Origin: Candidatus Woesearchaeota archaeon
Lineage (GTDB): Archaea; Nanobdellota; Nanobdellia; Woesearchaeales; 0-14-0-80-44-23
Assembly: GCA_038874135.1 (NCBI GenBank)
Contig: JAVZCZ010000001.1
Coordinates: 32,001-96,000 of the forward strand
Length of the DNA stretch: 64,000 bases
Reading direction: 5' to 3'
In this document: positions 29,187 to 39,503 of the stretch, in pieces
How positions within the stretch are numbered: the first letter of the stretch is position 1
Layout: every line of letters begins with the position of its first letter
The notes under the pieces: model-generated
Databases searched by the model: none
What the model was told of the DNA's origin: nothing
Seen by the model: the letters and a program-made list of their open reading frames with translations, nothing else
Position numbers and translations under genes: made by a program

Positions 29187-31226
29187 GTGATGAGGAACAG
29201 CTCACGCGCGAGTGAAAAGAGGTATTATGTTACTACTCCAATTTATTATCCTAATGATATTCCTCATATTGGCAGTGCTTATACTACAATAGCTGCTGAC
29301 ATTCTTGCAAGGTGGCATCGCCTAGACGGCTATGATACCTTTTTCCTTACCGGGCTGGACGAGCATGGTAAGAAGATAGAGCAGGCTGCTCAGGCAAAGG
29401 GCTTGTCGCCAAAGGACTTTGTGGATGAGAAGGCAGTTCAGTTTCTTGACGCTTGGAAGAGGCTCAGCATTAGTTATGACAGGTTCATCAGGACTACTGA
29501 TTCTGATCACGAGAAGAATGTGCAGGCTATAATAAGAAGGGTTGCTGAGAATGGTGACATCTACAAAGCTGATTATGAGGGGTTGTACTGCACTGGCTGC
29601 GAAGCGTTTTATCTTGAAAAGGACCTTCTGGATGGAAACAGGTGTCCAGTGCACGGAACTCCTGTTGAGCGCATAACTGAGGAGTCATACTTCTTCAGGC
29701 TTAGCAAGTACAGGGATGCTCTTCTAAAGTTTTATAGGGAAAATCCCGACTTCATACTCCCAAGGAACAGGGCTCCTGAGGTAGTAGCAAGGGTTGAGGA
29801 AGAGCTTAAAGACTTGAGCATAAGCAGGAAGAACTTAAAGTGGGGCATTCCATTTCCTTTGGATGAAAGCCATACAACATATGTGTGGTTTGACGCCCTT
29901 TCCAACTACCTTTCCGGAATAAACTACTACTTTGACAGCTCAATCCAAAGCGGAGGGGATAACAGCCGCTTCTGGCCTCCTGATGTTCAGCTGGTTGGCA
30001 AGGACATAATCTGGTTCCACTGCGTGATATGGCCTGCCATGCTTATGTCTCTCGGAGTTCCACTGCCGAGGCACGTTGTTGCTCACGGCTGGTGGACTGT
30101 GGAGGGCGAAAAGATTTCTAAGAGCAAGGGAAATGTTGTAACCATAGACCAGCTTACCAAGTATGGAGTAGACCCAGCTAGGTATTTCCTATTCCGCGCA
30201 GTTCCTTTTGGTGCTGACGGGGACTTTTCTGAGAAGGAGTTTGTTAGAATCTTAAATTCTGAACTGGCTGACGGGCTGGGTAATCTTATAACGAGGACTT
30301 CAGCCCTGATAAGAAGGTTTCTAAATGCTAAGATTCCTGAGATGGCTCCATCTTCATACTTGTTTGATTCAGAGGACAACGCCTTAAAAGATGCCTGCGC
30401 TTCTGCCCTTGAAAATGCGCGTAGATTTATGCGTAATGCCGAGATTGACAGGGCTCTTCAAGAGGTTTGGCTTCTAGTTAAAGAGGCGAACAGGTACATA
30501 ACTGTTAAGCAGCCCTGGGCAATTGCCAAGCAGGACGCTGTACGGCTTGAAGGAGTGCTTTTCAACCTCACCCAAGCTATAAGATACATAGCATATATGA
30601 TACAGCCTTTCATGCCCGAAACTTCTGAAAAAATAATATCCCTATTCCACTTTAAGGAGAATAATTTTTCAGAGCTGTCCTGGGATTGCAGGAACTCTGG
30701 AAATATCTCTGAGGAGCTTAAACTCTTCTCAAAGGTTGAATTCAAGGAGAAGCCGAAGTTTCCCCTATGTCTCAGGATTGCTGAGGTGTTAGATGTTTCA
30801 GACCATCCCAGTGCAGATAAGCTGTACGTGCTCAAGCTAAATTTGGGAAGCGAGCAGCGGCAGCTGGTGGCAGGACTAAGAAACAGGATTCCCAAGGAAG
30901 AGATAATCGGAAGCAAGATAGTTATCGTAAGCAACCTCAAGCCTAAGATGCTCAGGGGCTTTGAGAGCAACGGCATGCTCCTAGCAGCTTCAACCAAGAA
31001 TCCTGACGGCTCGGAAAAGGTTGTGCTGCTCAGGCCTTCAGGCAGTCCTGGAGATGAAATATTCTGCGGCGATCTTGAGAACCTACATGAGCAGATAGAC
31101 ATTGAGGACTTCGCTAAGGTAAAGCTTGAAGTTAGGTCAGGCAGGATCTTCTGGAATGGGATGCAGCTCAGGCCTAAGAACGGCGAGCTCACTGCCGATA
31201 TTGAGGACGGTGCAGAAGTTAGATGA
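29187..31226 (+). CDS. metG: Methionyl-tRNA synthetase with C-terminal Trbp111-like domain
   Basis: YYVTTPIYY, HIGS, DEHG, single knuckle CTGC..CPVH, YVWFDAL, KISKS and HPSADKL motifs. Confidence 0.96.
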   Translation: MMRNSSRASEKRYYVTTPIYYPNDIPHIGSAYTTIAADILARWHRLDGYDTFFLTGLDEHGKKIEQAAQAKGLSPKDFVDEKAVQFLDAWKRLSISYDRFIRTTDSDHEKNVQAIIRRVAENGDIYKADYEGLYCTGCEAFYLEKDLLDGNRCPVHGTPVERITEESYFFRLSKYRDALLKFYRENPDFILPRNRAPEVVARVEEELKDLSISRKNLKWGIPFPLDESHTTYVWFDALSNYLSGINYYFDSSIQSGGDNSRFWPPDVQLVGKDIIWFHCVIWPAMLMSLGVPLPRHVVAHGWWTVEGEKISKSKGNVVTIDQLTKYGVDPARYFLFRAVPFGADGDFSEKEFVRILNSELADGLGNLITRTSALIRRFLNAKIPEMAPSSYLFDSEDNALKDACASALENARRFMRNAEIDRALQEVWLLVKEANRYITVKQPWAIAKQDAVRLEGVLFNLTQAIRYIAYMIQPFMPETSEKIISLFHFKENNFSELSWDCRNSGNISEELKLFSKVEFKEKPKFPLCLRIAEVLDVSDHPSADKLYVLKLNLGSEQRQLVAGLRNRIPKEEIIGSKIVIVSNLKPKMLRGFESNGMLLAASTKNPDGSEKVVLLRPSGSPGDEIFCGDLENLHEQIDIEDFAKVKLEVRSGRIFWNGMQLRPKNGELTADIEDGAEVR

Positions 31227-31241
31227 TGTTTTTTAGGCGTT

Positions 31242-31568
31242 TTATTCTTTTATGTAGAATCCCGTTGTTTCACTCTTGTAGAGGGTCCCCTTAACAATTA
31301 TGCTCATTCCCTGTTTGATGTTTCTGCTGCTGACTACAATTATCCTGTTCTGCTTCTCGTCTTCAAGTATGTAAGCGGATTGGTTGTTAAACTTTTGAAC
31401 TGAGTATACTATGCCTCTTACTGCTACTTCCTTTCCTACATTCTGTTCATTTGCTATTGAAAGTATATCTGATTCGGCATTCTGTTTTTCGCAGCCTGAT
31501 ATAATTACTGCCGAGATTACAATTAGAAATAGGATAGCTGCCCCTTGTTGAGGAATCTTCGCAGTCAT
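31242..31568 (-). CDS. Putative lipoprotein with an OB-fold
   Basis: Hydrophobic leader ending in ISGC; VGKEVAVRG..YILED..IIVKG pattern. Confidence 0.7.
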   Translation of the reverse strand: MTAKIPQQGAAILFLIVISAVIISGCEKQNAESDILSIANEQNVGKEVAVRGIVYSVQKFNNQSAYILEDEKQNRIIVVSSRNIKQGMSIIVKGTLYKSETTGFYIKE

Positions 31569-31631
31569 ACTGGCATATTATCCTTTCAGATTTTTATATT
31601 TTGCGATGAATTAAGAAAAGAGAAAAATTTT

Positions 31632-32192
31632 TTAGAATTCTATCTTTACATCCTTTTTTGCTTCCTCTTCTGCCTTGAATGGTTCCTTTCTAGTGTAGTG
31701 TAGCATGTTTGCTATGAACACGTAGGGAATCTGTTCTATTCTAGTGTTAAATGAGTATACAGAATCGTTGTAGAATTCTCTTCTGTCTGCGAGAATGTTT
31801 TCTATATCGCTTATCCTGTTCATAAGCTGGGTTACATTCTCATTTGCCTTCAAGTTTGGATAGCTCTCTACAACTGCGAAAACTGATCTGACTGCAGACT
31901 CCATCATCTTGTCCGCCTTTGCCTTTTCCTTTACGGTTTTGGCGCTGGCAAATGCGTTTCTGGCTTGAACTACCATGTTCAGGGTTTCCTTTTCGTGCTT
32001 CATGTACCCTTTGACTGAGTCAACAAGTTTTGTTAGCTCGTCATGCCTCTGCTGAAGTGCAGCTTCAATGTTGCTCCAAGCCTTCTCTATCTGGTTTTTA
32101 AGGCGTACTAGGCTGTTATATGCTGATAAGAACCATATCAGAATAATGATCACGACCAGCACTACTGCTCCAATTATTAATCCGGTTGTCAT
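31632..32192 (-). CDS. lemA: LemA family protein
   Basis: N-terminal TM; YNSLV, AWSNI, ESYPNLKA and RREFYN motifs. Confidence 0.95.
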   Translation of the reverse strand: MTTGLIIGAVVLVVIIILIWFLSAYNSLVRLKNQIEKAWSNIEAALQQRHDELTKLVDSVKGYMKHEKETLNMVVQARNAFASAKTVKEKAKADKMMESAVRSVFAVVESYPNLKANENVTQLMNRISDIENILADRREFYNDSVYSFNTRIEQIPYVFIANMLHYTRKEPFKAEEEAKKDVKIEF

Positions 32193-32246
32193 TTTTCATC
32201 GCCTCCCTTTTTTAATTTTTAAAGTTGCTCAAAAACTTTTTCTTTC

Positions 32247-32984
32247 TTATTCTAAAATCAACTTTGCAGCAATCATGAATATTATGCCTGTGAGGAATAA
32301 AGCGAATGCGCTTAAAGATTTTTTTAGTTTTGCTTCCTTATGCAGTTCAGGTATCAGGTCTGATGCTGAGATGTAGAGAAAGCCTCCTGCTGCGAACGGC
32401 ATTAGGAAGTTTTTGAATGGGTCTATATTTCTTAGGAAGTAGCCAGTAATTCCTCCAAGCACGCAGGTTATCTGGGAAAGAAATGTTAGAAGGAGAGCTC
32501 TTCCCCTTTTCACTTTGCTGTGAATTAAGACTGCAAAGTTTCCAAGCTCCTGTGGAATCTCGTGTGCGAATATCATTAGTGAGGTTATTATTCCTAATGG
32601 TATTCCTGCTATGAATGTTACTGCCATTATTAGTCCATCTATGAAGTTGTGCAGCCCGTCTCCCAAGACTATGAGCGAGCTTATTGGATGAACCTTGCAG
32701 TGCCCCTCGTGGCAGTGGTGCCATCTCATTATTCTCTCCATTAAAAAGAAGAATATGAAGCCCCCCATAAGTATCAGAACAGCAGCTTCTGCTCCTATTT
32801 CATGCAAGGATTCTAAGAATAGGTGAAACAGGCCGCCTGCAAACATTGCTCCTGAAGCAAAGGCAACTAGCCAGAATATCACATTTCTAAATGTTTTTTC
32901 TCTAAGCTTCAAAGTTATAACTCCTGACAACCCGAGAAGTCCATCCAGAATTGTTGCCAGCAGTATCCACAGTAGAGTTTTCAT
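32247..32984 (-). CDS. ZIP family divalent metal transporter
   Basis: GDGLHNFIDG, AHEIPQE, His-rich loop HHCHEGHC and DLIPELH. Confidence 0.94.
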   Translation of the reverse strand: MKTLLWILLATILDGLLGLSGVITLKLREKTFRNVIFWLVAFASGAMFAGGLFHLFLESLHEIGAEAAVLILMGGFIFFFLMERIMRWHHCHEGHCKVHPISSLIVLGDGLHNFIDGLIMAVTFIAGIPLGIITSLMIFAHEIPQELGNFAVLIHSKVKRGRALLLTFLSQITCVLGGITGYFLRNIDPFKNFLMPFAAGGFLYISASDLIPELHKEAKLKKSLSAFALFLTGIIFMIAAKLILE

Positions 32985-33033
32985 GCTGTTTAGCTTAGCA
33001 GTTCTTTATTATAAAACTTTTGTTTTAAGAATT

Positions 33034-34620
33034 TTATTTTTCGGGCTGAATTTGAGTTCTTAGCGTATTTCTAAGCTCTTTCAGCAGGCGCAGTTCTTCA
33101 GTTAGATTTTGAAGCTCTTTCGCAATTTCTTCTGCTTTCTGCACATCTACTGAGCGTTCTTTTAGAATTGTTACCCTTTTTGAAATTATGAGGGCAACTT
33201 CACTTATTCTTCCTTCAACTCCGCGAAGGATTTCTGCAAATGCCCTCTCATACTTCTGTTTTATTTTAAAATACCCCTGCTCTTCAAAACATTCCTTCCA
33301 GCCTGATGGTGCCGATGCATAATCCTTCTGAAAGTTTGAATAGGTGCTGAATAATTCATCTATTAATGCTGCGTCTTCCAAGTTAAGCCCCCTGAGCACT
33401 AGCCTGCCCATTCTGAAAAATTTTCCTGATTCAGCGTGGCTTTTTAGCTCTTTAAGTCTCAAAAGGGCTTTTTCTTTCTCCTTACAAATCACGATTTTTT
33501 CAGTTACTTCAGAGTAGGCTTCTTCTGCCGCTTCCAGCTCTCTCTTTATCCTACTTGTTAGGCTGTAGCTACTTGTGCTTTGAGAAAGAATTTTTTGGTA
33601 TGCATTCAGGATTTTTTCCAGGGAGTTGCTGCAAGATTTTAATCGTGAATATGCAGCTGTGAAGTTTTTTGGGTTTTGCTCTGATTCTTTGAGGCTAGCG
33701 TGTGCTTCACTGCTGATTTCTGAGGTTTTCTTGTTTAATGCTGAAAGGGTTTCATTCCAGAATGTGTTCAGCTCAGTTATTAATTGTTCTTCAAGGGCAG
33801 CTGCTCTTATCCTGCTGTTTGGCATTCGGGTTTTTAGTGCTTCTTCTATTGCCGTGAGTATTTCCTCTTCGGAAGTAGAACTTCTCATGAGCTGAGTTAG
33901 GGCTCTTGCTTTCTCAATTCTGTTTGCATATTCTCTTCTAATTTCATCTACTATTCTTTTTGCTTTTTCGCTGTAGTGCACTTCTAGGAATCTCTTGGCT
34001 GTTGCAGATGCGTTCTCTCCTGCATATTCTGAACTTTGAAGCAGCTTGGCGCTTTGCGGCTCGTTCTGTATCTCGTATTCTACAAGTATTATTCTTTCTA
34101 GGCATTCTGGGCTTTCAGCAGATTTTACCAGGTGCTTCGCGTATTTAAGTAGGGACAGGTATGCGCCTGCTCCGAGCATTGGGCTTTCTGTATATTTAGA
34201 ATACTTCGGACTGGGTAATCTTATAATCCCCGCAGTTTCGCATTTCGTTTCGCCTTTCATACCAGAACAGTCTTCAGAGCCAACTCCTTGCGGCTTGTAA
34301 GCTTTTTCTGTCAAGCTTCTTTGTGAAGCCGATTCTGAAAACTTTTCCGCGCTTCTGTTTATCTCTTCTTGAATGTGTTCTTCCAGCATTGAATTTCTTT
34401 CTTTCTCATACTTTTTTAGAGTGTCCCTCCACATCTCTTCTGCGTCCTGTTTTATTGAATCTATTGATACCAGTCTTATTATTCTGCATAGAGGGTGCTG
34501 GCTGTTGTTTTGCACTATTGAATAAATCCTTTCATATAAAAGCCTCTCTTCTAGTTTTTCATCCTTCCAAGATAATTTTTCACATTTCTTGCGCGAGTCC
34601 TGAAGCATTATCTCTTCCAT
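33034..34620 (-). CDS. Hypothetical alpha-helical/coiled-coil protein
   Basis: 528-aa E/K-rich helical ORF, last gene of the AAA operon. Confidence 0.7.
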   Translation of the reverse strand: MEEIMLQDSRKKCEKLSWKDEKLEERLLYERIYSIVQNNSQHPLCRIIRLVSIDSIKQDAEEMWRDTLKKYEKERNSMLEEHIQEEINRSAEKFSESASQRSLTEKAYKPQGVGSEDCSGMKGETKCETAGIIRLPSPKYSKYTESPMLGAGAYLSLLKYAKHLVKSAESPECLERIILVEYEIQNEPQSAKLLQSSEYAGENASATAKRFLEVHYSEKAKRIVDEIRREYANRIEKARALTQLMRSSTSEEEILTAIEEALKTRMPNSRIRAAALEEQLITELNTFWNETLSALNKKTSEISSEAHASLKESEQNPKNFTAAYSRLKSCSNSLEKILNAYQKILSQSTSSYSLTSRIKRELEAAEEAYSEVTEKIVICKEKEKALLRLKELKSHAESGKFFRMGRLVLRGLNLEDAALIDELFSTYSNFQKDYASAPSGWKECFEEQGYFKIKQKYERAFAEILRGVEGRISEVALIISKRVTILKERSVDVQKAEEIAKELQNLTEELRLLKELRNTLRTQIQPEK

Positions 34621-34638
34621 ATTATTTCTGAATATTTT

Positions 34639-35421
34639 TCATTTTGATTTCGGTTCTGATGAGTACAGCATCTCCATCTCTTTAGCAATGCTGCTTTCAG
34701 GATACTTATTCTTAAGCTCTCTTATTGCTTCACAGAGCTCCTCTTTCATTCCCGACTTTTTAATTGCTATTGCTCTGAGTTCTGCTATTTCCCGTTTTGG
34801 GTTTAAAGAGAGTAGTGCATTGCACAGCTCTACGGCTTCTTCATAGTCCGACTCTGCCATGAAATACAATACTGCTTCTTCTCCAAGTTTTTCTTCTTCA
34901 GAATATATCAATTCACCTTTAGTTTCTATATATTCTCTGATTCTCTTGGACAATTCCTTTGCTTTTAGGTATGGAGAGCTCACCAGACATTCCAGGTTTG
35001 CAGTTAGGGCAAGCCCGCATATCTCTGCCAGTGCAGCATCCAAGTCTAAGCATGTGGGCGTTTGCATTCCTTCTAGGATTCTCACACCCTCTTCAATTTT
35101 TTCCGCCTTCCCACTTCTCATCATTTCTAATCCACTTTTTATGTTATAATCCCTCTCTAAGATGCATTGTTTTGTGTAATCTGCAAGGTTTCCTTCAGGA
35201 AGCTCACCCCTGTTATAATTCCTCCACTGCACGCTTTCTTCCCCTCTTTCATAATTAGCATTTTCTGAGCACTCTATCCCAGCACTTTCCACTGCGCGGA
35301 TGATTTTTCGCCTAATTCCAGAAATGCGTGGTTGAGTATCTGAACTCGCTTCTCTATCTGGAGTATCCAGCGGTGCTCCTGCAATCTCTTCTAAGCTTCT
35401 TATTATCTTTTGAAGCGCCAT
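34639..35421 (-). CDS. Hypothetical protein with C-terminal TPR-like helices
   Basis: AVLYFMAESDYEEAVELCNALLSLNP and KNKYPESS fit the TPR pattern. Confidence 0.6.
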   Translation of the reverse strand: MALQKIIRSLEEIAGAPLDTPDREASSDTQPRISGIRRKIIRAVESAGIECSENANYERGEESVQWRNYNRGELPEGNLADYTKQCILERDYNIKSGLEMMRSGKAEKIEEGVRILEGMQTPTCLDLDAALAEICGLALTANLECLVSSPYLKAKELSKRIREYIETKGELIYSEEEKLGEEAVLYFMAESDYEEAVELCNALLSLNPKREIAELRAIAIKKSGMKEELCEAIRELKNKYPESSIAKEMEMLYSSEPKSK

Positions 35422-36224
35422 TATCTACCGCCCTTAATCATTTCCGGAAGCCATAGTTTTATGCTTAAGTACTTCCTATCAGGTGGACTAATCTTTAATT
35501 CCGAGCCGTAAGCTCTAATTATTTCTGCAGCGCTGTTCAGGTACCAGCTCTCTTCTACTAATTCTCTAATTTTCTTTTCATCTGAAACCCTGCTGCACCA
35601 GCCCTCAACTTCTGTGAGCTTTCCTTTCCTCTCTGCAGAGAAAACTATCTTAGAGTTTGGCGCTGCACATTCTTCCAAAAAGTATGCCACCTTTTCAATG
35701 CACCTTCCTATGGACATCGGAGCTTCTACCACTACTGAGTCCAATGCGTAGCCCTCCAGAGCCACCTTTTTGAATGTGCTCTTCTCTACCTTCCTAAAAG
35801 CATCTTTCAGTTTCAACTCTGAAATCTCGTTCATTCCAGAGTAGTTTGAAAGTTCAAGATACACTTTCAACATGGGTTCCAGCAACTCCCTCTTAGTAAT
35901 TTTGCTCTTATCTTCTAAGAATAGCTGCACTTCGCTTACAAGCTCACAGAGCTTCTTCGCATTAAGATGCACCCTGCCTACAAATCTCTTTACCTCCTCA
36001 CTGCAAGAACCAGTTTCAGCATATTCTTCTAGAACTCTGATTCCGTTTTTCAAAAAGTCCATATCCAGCGTTGGAGAATATAAAGAATCTTCAAGTGATG
36101 AGCCTAAAGAATCGCAGATTCTGAGCAGTTCAAAAGCTATTCCGGAAGCCTGCGCCCTTATCGCAGTATCAGTTTCATACCTTCCTTCCAGCAGGTTTTC
36201 CAATCCTAAAAATCTGGAACTCAT
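35421..36224 (-). CDS. Hypothetical protein with a degenerate HATPase_c-like C-terminus
   Basis: C-terminus LNSAAEIIRAYGSELKISP...IKLWLP follows the histidine kinase end pattern but lacks the N, G1 and G2 boxes. Confidence 0.55.
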   Translation of the reverse strand: MSSRFLGLENLLEGRYETDTAIRAQASGIAFELLRICDSLGSSLEDSLYSPTLDMDFLKNGIRVLEEYAETGSCSEEVKRFVGRVHLNAKKLCELVSEVQLFLEDKSKITKRELLEPMLKVYLELSNYSGMNEISELKLKDAFRKVEKSTFKKVALEGYALDSVVVEAPMSIGRCIEKVAYFLEECAAPNSKIVFSAERKGKLTEVEGWCSRVSDEKKIRELVEESWYLNSAAEIIRAYGSELKISPPDRKYLSIKLWLPEMIKGGR

Positions 36225-37867
36225 AACTTCTCACCCCTGCTCTTGAGCAGCGCTATGGCTTCTTCCCTCTTCTCAAGCTCCTCAGCAATCTTCCTCACTT
36301 CAAATTTTCTGGATATCTCTTTCTGCAGAAGTTCTTCCCTGTATTTTCCCTCAATTGCTTCAATCAAGTCAAGCTCGCCTATCTTAGATATGCCCTTTTT
36401 TATTTCCAACTCTAAATCTTTAACTTCAAGGCTTCTCAGCCGTGCGTAGTCAATTGTTGAGCAAGCCTTCTCCTGAAGCATCTTCAACGCCTTAGTGAGC
36501 TCCCTCGGGCTTAGCACTTCTGAGTAATTCATGCAGAGCTCTGCGGCTCTGAAAAATCCCTCGCGGCTAATATTTACATATCCTGCATCTATTCCCTTCC
36601 TAAGCTTTGAAATTAGAAATTCAGCGTATTCTGCCTCTGTCTGAGGTCCTGGCACCTTGAAGGAAGCTTCACCTATCCTTTCCAGCAGTGCCTCGTCAAG
36701 ATCGCTCGGCTTGTTGCTGGCTGAAAGTATTAGATAGTTTCCATAGTATGAAGTGTCTATTCCTTCTATTATCTGCATCAAGTATATTGTCATGCTCCTG
36801 TCAGGTGCATTTACTTCTGATCCAGACCTGCTGACTACTAGCCCGTCTATGTCGTCTATGAACACTACTCCCACGCCTTCCGGGCTCATTGCCTCTCTGG
36901 TTTTTGTTCTTAAGATTTCTTCAGTTTCTCCATACCACTTCTTCTTTATTGAGGAGTCAATTGTAACCCAGCTGAATTTCTTCCCGCTCTGCTCAGATAA
37001 TTGTCTCATGTAGTTTCGCATTGCAGCTGCGAGGCTGGTTTTTCCAGTCCCAGGCCTGGCGTATAGGAATACTGTTCGCGGTATGTAGCTCACTTTTAGT
37101 ATTGGGTTGTTTCTTTCTTTGGGGCTGTAGAGGAATAGCATCTCTGCATATCTCTGCAGTGCGGACTTCGCCTCGCTGTTTCCTATTATGTCCTGGAAGG
37201 TTATCTGTGCTGTGCTCTCACCTTTTTCTGAAGTAAGCATTTCTGGCTCTGCTTTTTTCCCGTTTTTACATCTTGAGAATCCTTTAATCTTAATTCCATC
37301 TAGCGAGAGCACTGCACTGCTTATTGCGGCTTCAAGCCCTGGATATGCACTTTTTTCTTTGAGGATTTTTTCTTCAAGCGATCCGTATAGAATGCTGAGT
37401 ATTCCCTTTATTTGAGTTCCAGTGTTTGCATTGTTTTTTATTGAGTGTATGTAGGATGAGATTATCGTGTCTAGGTATGCTTCAGGGCTAGACGGGCTTC
37501 CTTCTGAGAAGCTTATGAAGGATAGTTCGTGTTTTAGTTCGGGCAAATCAAATTTTAACATTTCCATTCCTTTTGAGATGCCCGCGTATGTTGCAAACAT
37601 GTTGAGGAATGAATATGTGTCTTCGCTTATGCTACTTGCGCTTGAGATTAGGTATCGCGAGGCGCACTCTCTTACAACATAGAATGTGGCAAGGCATTCT
37701 TCAAGAGATTCTGCAGCTTCATATCCATCTCTTGAAGGCATTCCGATGGCTGTTGCGTCTTTCAGAATTATTGTGTTGTAGAAGTCATATTTCTGTTTAA
37801 GCACTTTTTTTATTTCAATCCTCATCTTGTTTAGTGCTGAATAGTCAATTCTTAGAATCTCTTCCAT
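36221..37867 (-). CDS. Classical-clade AAA+ ATPase (single module)
   Basis: YARPGTGKT, pore loop KWYGE, VVFIDDID and SRH ASNKPSDLDEALLER. Confidence 0.88.
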   Translation of the reverse strand: MEEILRIDYSALNKMRIEIKKVLKQKYDFYNTIILKDATAIGMPSRDGYEAAESLEECLATFYVVRECASRYLISSASSISEDTYSFLNMFATYAGISKGMEMLKFDLPELKHELSFISFSEGSPSSPEAYLDTIISSYIHSIKNNANTGTQIKGILSILYGSLEEKILKEKSAYPGLEAAISSAVLSLDGIKIKGFSRCKNGKKAEPEMLTSEKGESTAQITFQDIIGNSEAKSALQRYAEMLFLYSPKERNNPILKVSYIPRTVFLYARPGTGKTSLAAAMRNYMRQLSEQSGKKFSWVTIDSSIKKKWYGETEEILRTKTREAMSPEGVGVVFIDDIDGLVVSRSGSEVNAPDRSMTIYLMQIIEGIDTSYYGNYLILSASNKPSDLDEALLERIGEASFKVPGPQTEAEYAEFLISKLRKGIDAGYVNISREGFFRAAELCMNYSEVLSPRELTKALKMLQEKACSTIDYARLRSLEVKDLELEIKKGISKIGELDLIEAIEGKYREELLQKEISRKFEVRKIAEELEKREEAIALLKSRGEKL

Positions 37868-37911
37868 GGGAAGCTCCTCCTTTAAAATTTAATAAAAAAA
37901 TTTAAAACAGC

Positions 37912-39021
37912 TCAATTTGTTTTTTCCGTTGAATACTTTCCCGGCTTTTTTCTGATGTCTTGCACTATTGAGTCAATATTGTCTGATGTCTCACTGATGA
38001 GCTGTCCTCCCTCGTCATTTCTTCTCATTATGCTCTGCGCAGTGTTCTCACTGTAAAACTCCGAAGGGGCTGTGGATATGCTCTTCATTATTATGTCCAG
38101 GTTTTGCGATAGCAGGTCTAAACCCTTGTTCATTGCGTTTTGGATTTGATTTGCGTACTTCTGAACTGCCCCTGTGACTTTAACTATCTTTGAGAGCTTG
38201 ACCATTACATCCTTCATCTGTTCAGCTTCTTTTATGTAGTCCTCTGCGCTGCTCTTGAATATTTCAATCCTGCTAAGAGTGCTTTCCGCCTGCTCGTAGA
38301 GCGCGTCTATTACCTGTGCTGTGTTTTCCATGAATACTAAGCGGTGTGAAGCTATTTTAAGCTGCGTATCCAGAGTTCTCCTATCCTGCATCATCTTGTC
38401 TATTTCAACTTCTAACGTATCTCTCAGCCCGTACTCTCCCTGTTTTTCTAATCTGTTGTAGTCCCTCTTGTATTTTTCTATTTCAATATCCAGCTGCCCT
38501 ATTGCCGATTTGTAGTCATCTATGCTTTGGCTTAGTTCTATCTTCAGCTGCTGCTTCTCTTCATAGTAGCTTCTCAGCTCCTCTTTTGTTGCTCTGAACT
38601 CTTTGAGTTTTGATTCAAGCTCATCAACTGCCTCTTTGGAGTTTCTTATTAGCTTGTCTATGTAGAACTCCTTTTCTGTGTACTCCTTGTTTATCAGCTT
38701 GTTCCAGTAAAGGCGAATCATATCTATGAATGTGTTTCTTCCTTCAAATAGCTCTGTCATCTTTTTCTCGTTTTCTTCAATCTTTCGTATTGCTTCATCT
38801 ACATTTCTGTAAGAGCGCGAATACTCATTGCTAAGCCCCTGCACTAGTCCAGTGTAAGATCCTGCTTTTTTTACTCTTTCAAAGAGCTTTTTCTGCTTTC
38901 CTTCTACCAGCTTTTTTACATACTCGGTTTCAAATTCGCTCTTGGCTATTTCTTCTATTTCTCTTTCTTCAACAACCTGCTCGGCTTCAAGATTCTGACC
39001 TGATTCATCTGTCTCGCTCAT
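37912..39021 (-). CDS. Long coiled-coil protein (TelA-like helical pattern)
   Basis: All-helical 369-aa ORF with heptad periodicity; GGAGG upstream. Confidence 0.7.
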   Translation of the reverse strand: MSETDESGQNLEAEQVVEEREIEEIAKSEFETEYVKKLVEGKQKKLFERVKKAGSYTGLVQGLSNEYSRSYRNVDEAIRKIEENEKKMTELFEGRNTFIDMIRLYWNKLINKEYTEKEFYIDKLIRNSKEAVDELESKLKEFRATKEELRSYYEEKQQLKIELSQSIDDYKSAIGQLDIEIEKYKRDYNRLEKQGEYGLRDTLEVEIDKMMQDRRTLDTQLKIASHRLVFMENTAQVIDALYEQAESTLSRIEIFKSSAEDYIKEAEQMKDVMVKLSKIVKVTGAVQKYANQIQNAMNKGLDLLSQNLDIIMKSISTAPSEFYSENTAQSIMRRNDEGGQLISETSDNIDSIVQDIRKKPGKYSTEKTN

Positions 39022-39490
39022 TTTTCTCTCCTCCGTCTTTTTCATTTTGGGTAATTTTTAGCACCTTTTCCTCTACATACTTATCTTCCTGTTCTGCAAT
39101 TATTTTCGCCTCTTCAGAATTTCTTCTTATCCTTTTAGCAATTCCTTCTCCGTTGTATTCTTGAGAGATGTTCATTCCGTCTGAAATTTCGGTATAGAAT
39201 TCTTCTTGAAAGTTTTGTATTTTCTTCAGGTATCCTTCCAGTTCTTGTACCTGGTTTAGTATCCTGCTTACCTGTTGGGAATATTTTTCGTATCTCCTCC
39301 GCGTATTTTCATCTGCCCTTTGGTATTCATCTTTTATTCGGCTTATTGCGGATTTCAGCTCATTTTCAACTTCGCCTATCTTCTGTTCTATCCCTTGAAC
39401 TTCCTCCTGCATCTGCTTTAGCAGTTTGTCTATTCCTGAAGGTTCCAGCCCTAGTTTTTCCCTAATAAACTTGGAATAGTACCTTGGCAT
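39005..39490 (-). CDS. Coiled-coil hypothetical protein
   Basis: 161-aa helical-hairpin-like ORF overlapping the next gene. Confidence 0.7.
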   Translation of the reverse strand: MPRYYSKFIREKLGLEPSGIDKLLKQMQEEVQGIEQKIGEVENELKSAISRIKDEYQRADENTRRRYEKYSQQVSRILNQVQELEGYLKKIQNFQEEFYTEISDGMNISQEYNGEGIAKRIRRNSEEAKIIAEQEDKYVEEKVLKITQNEKDGGEKNERDR

Positions 39491-39503
39491 TTTTGCTCAC
39501 TCT

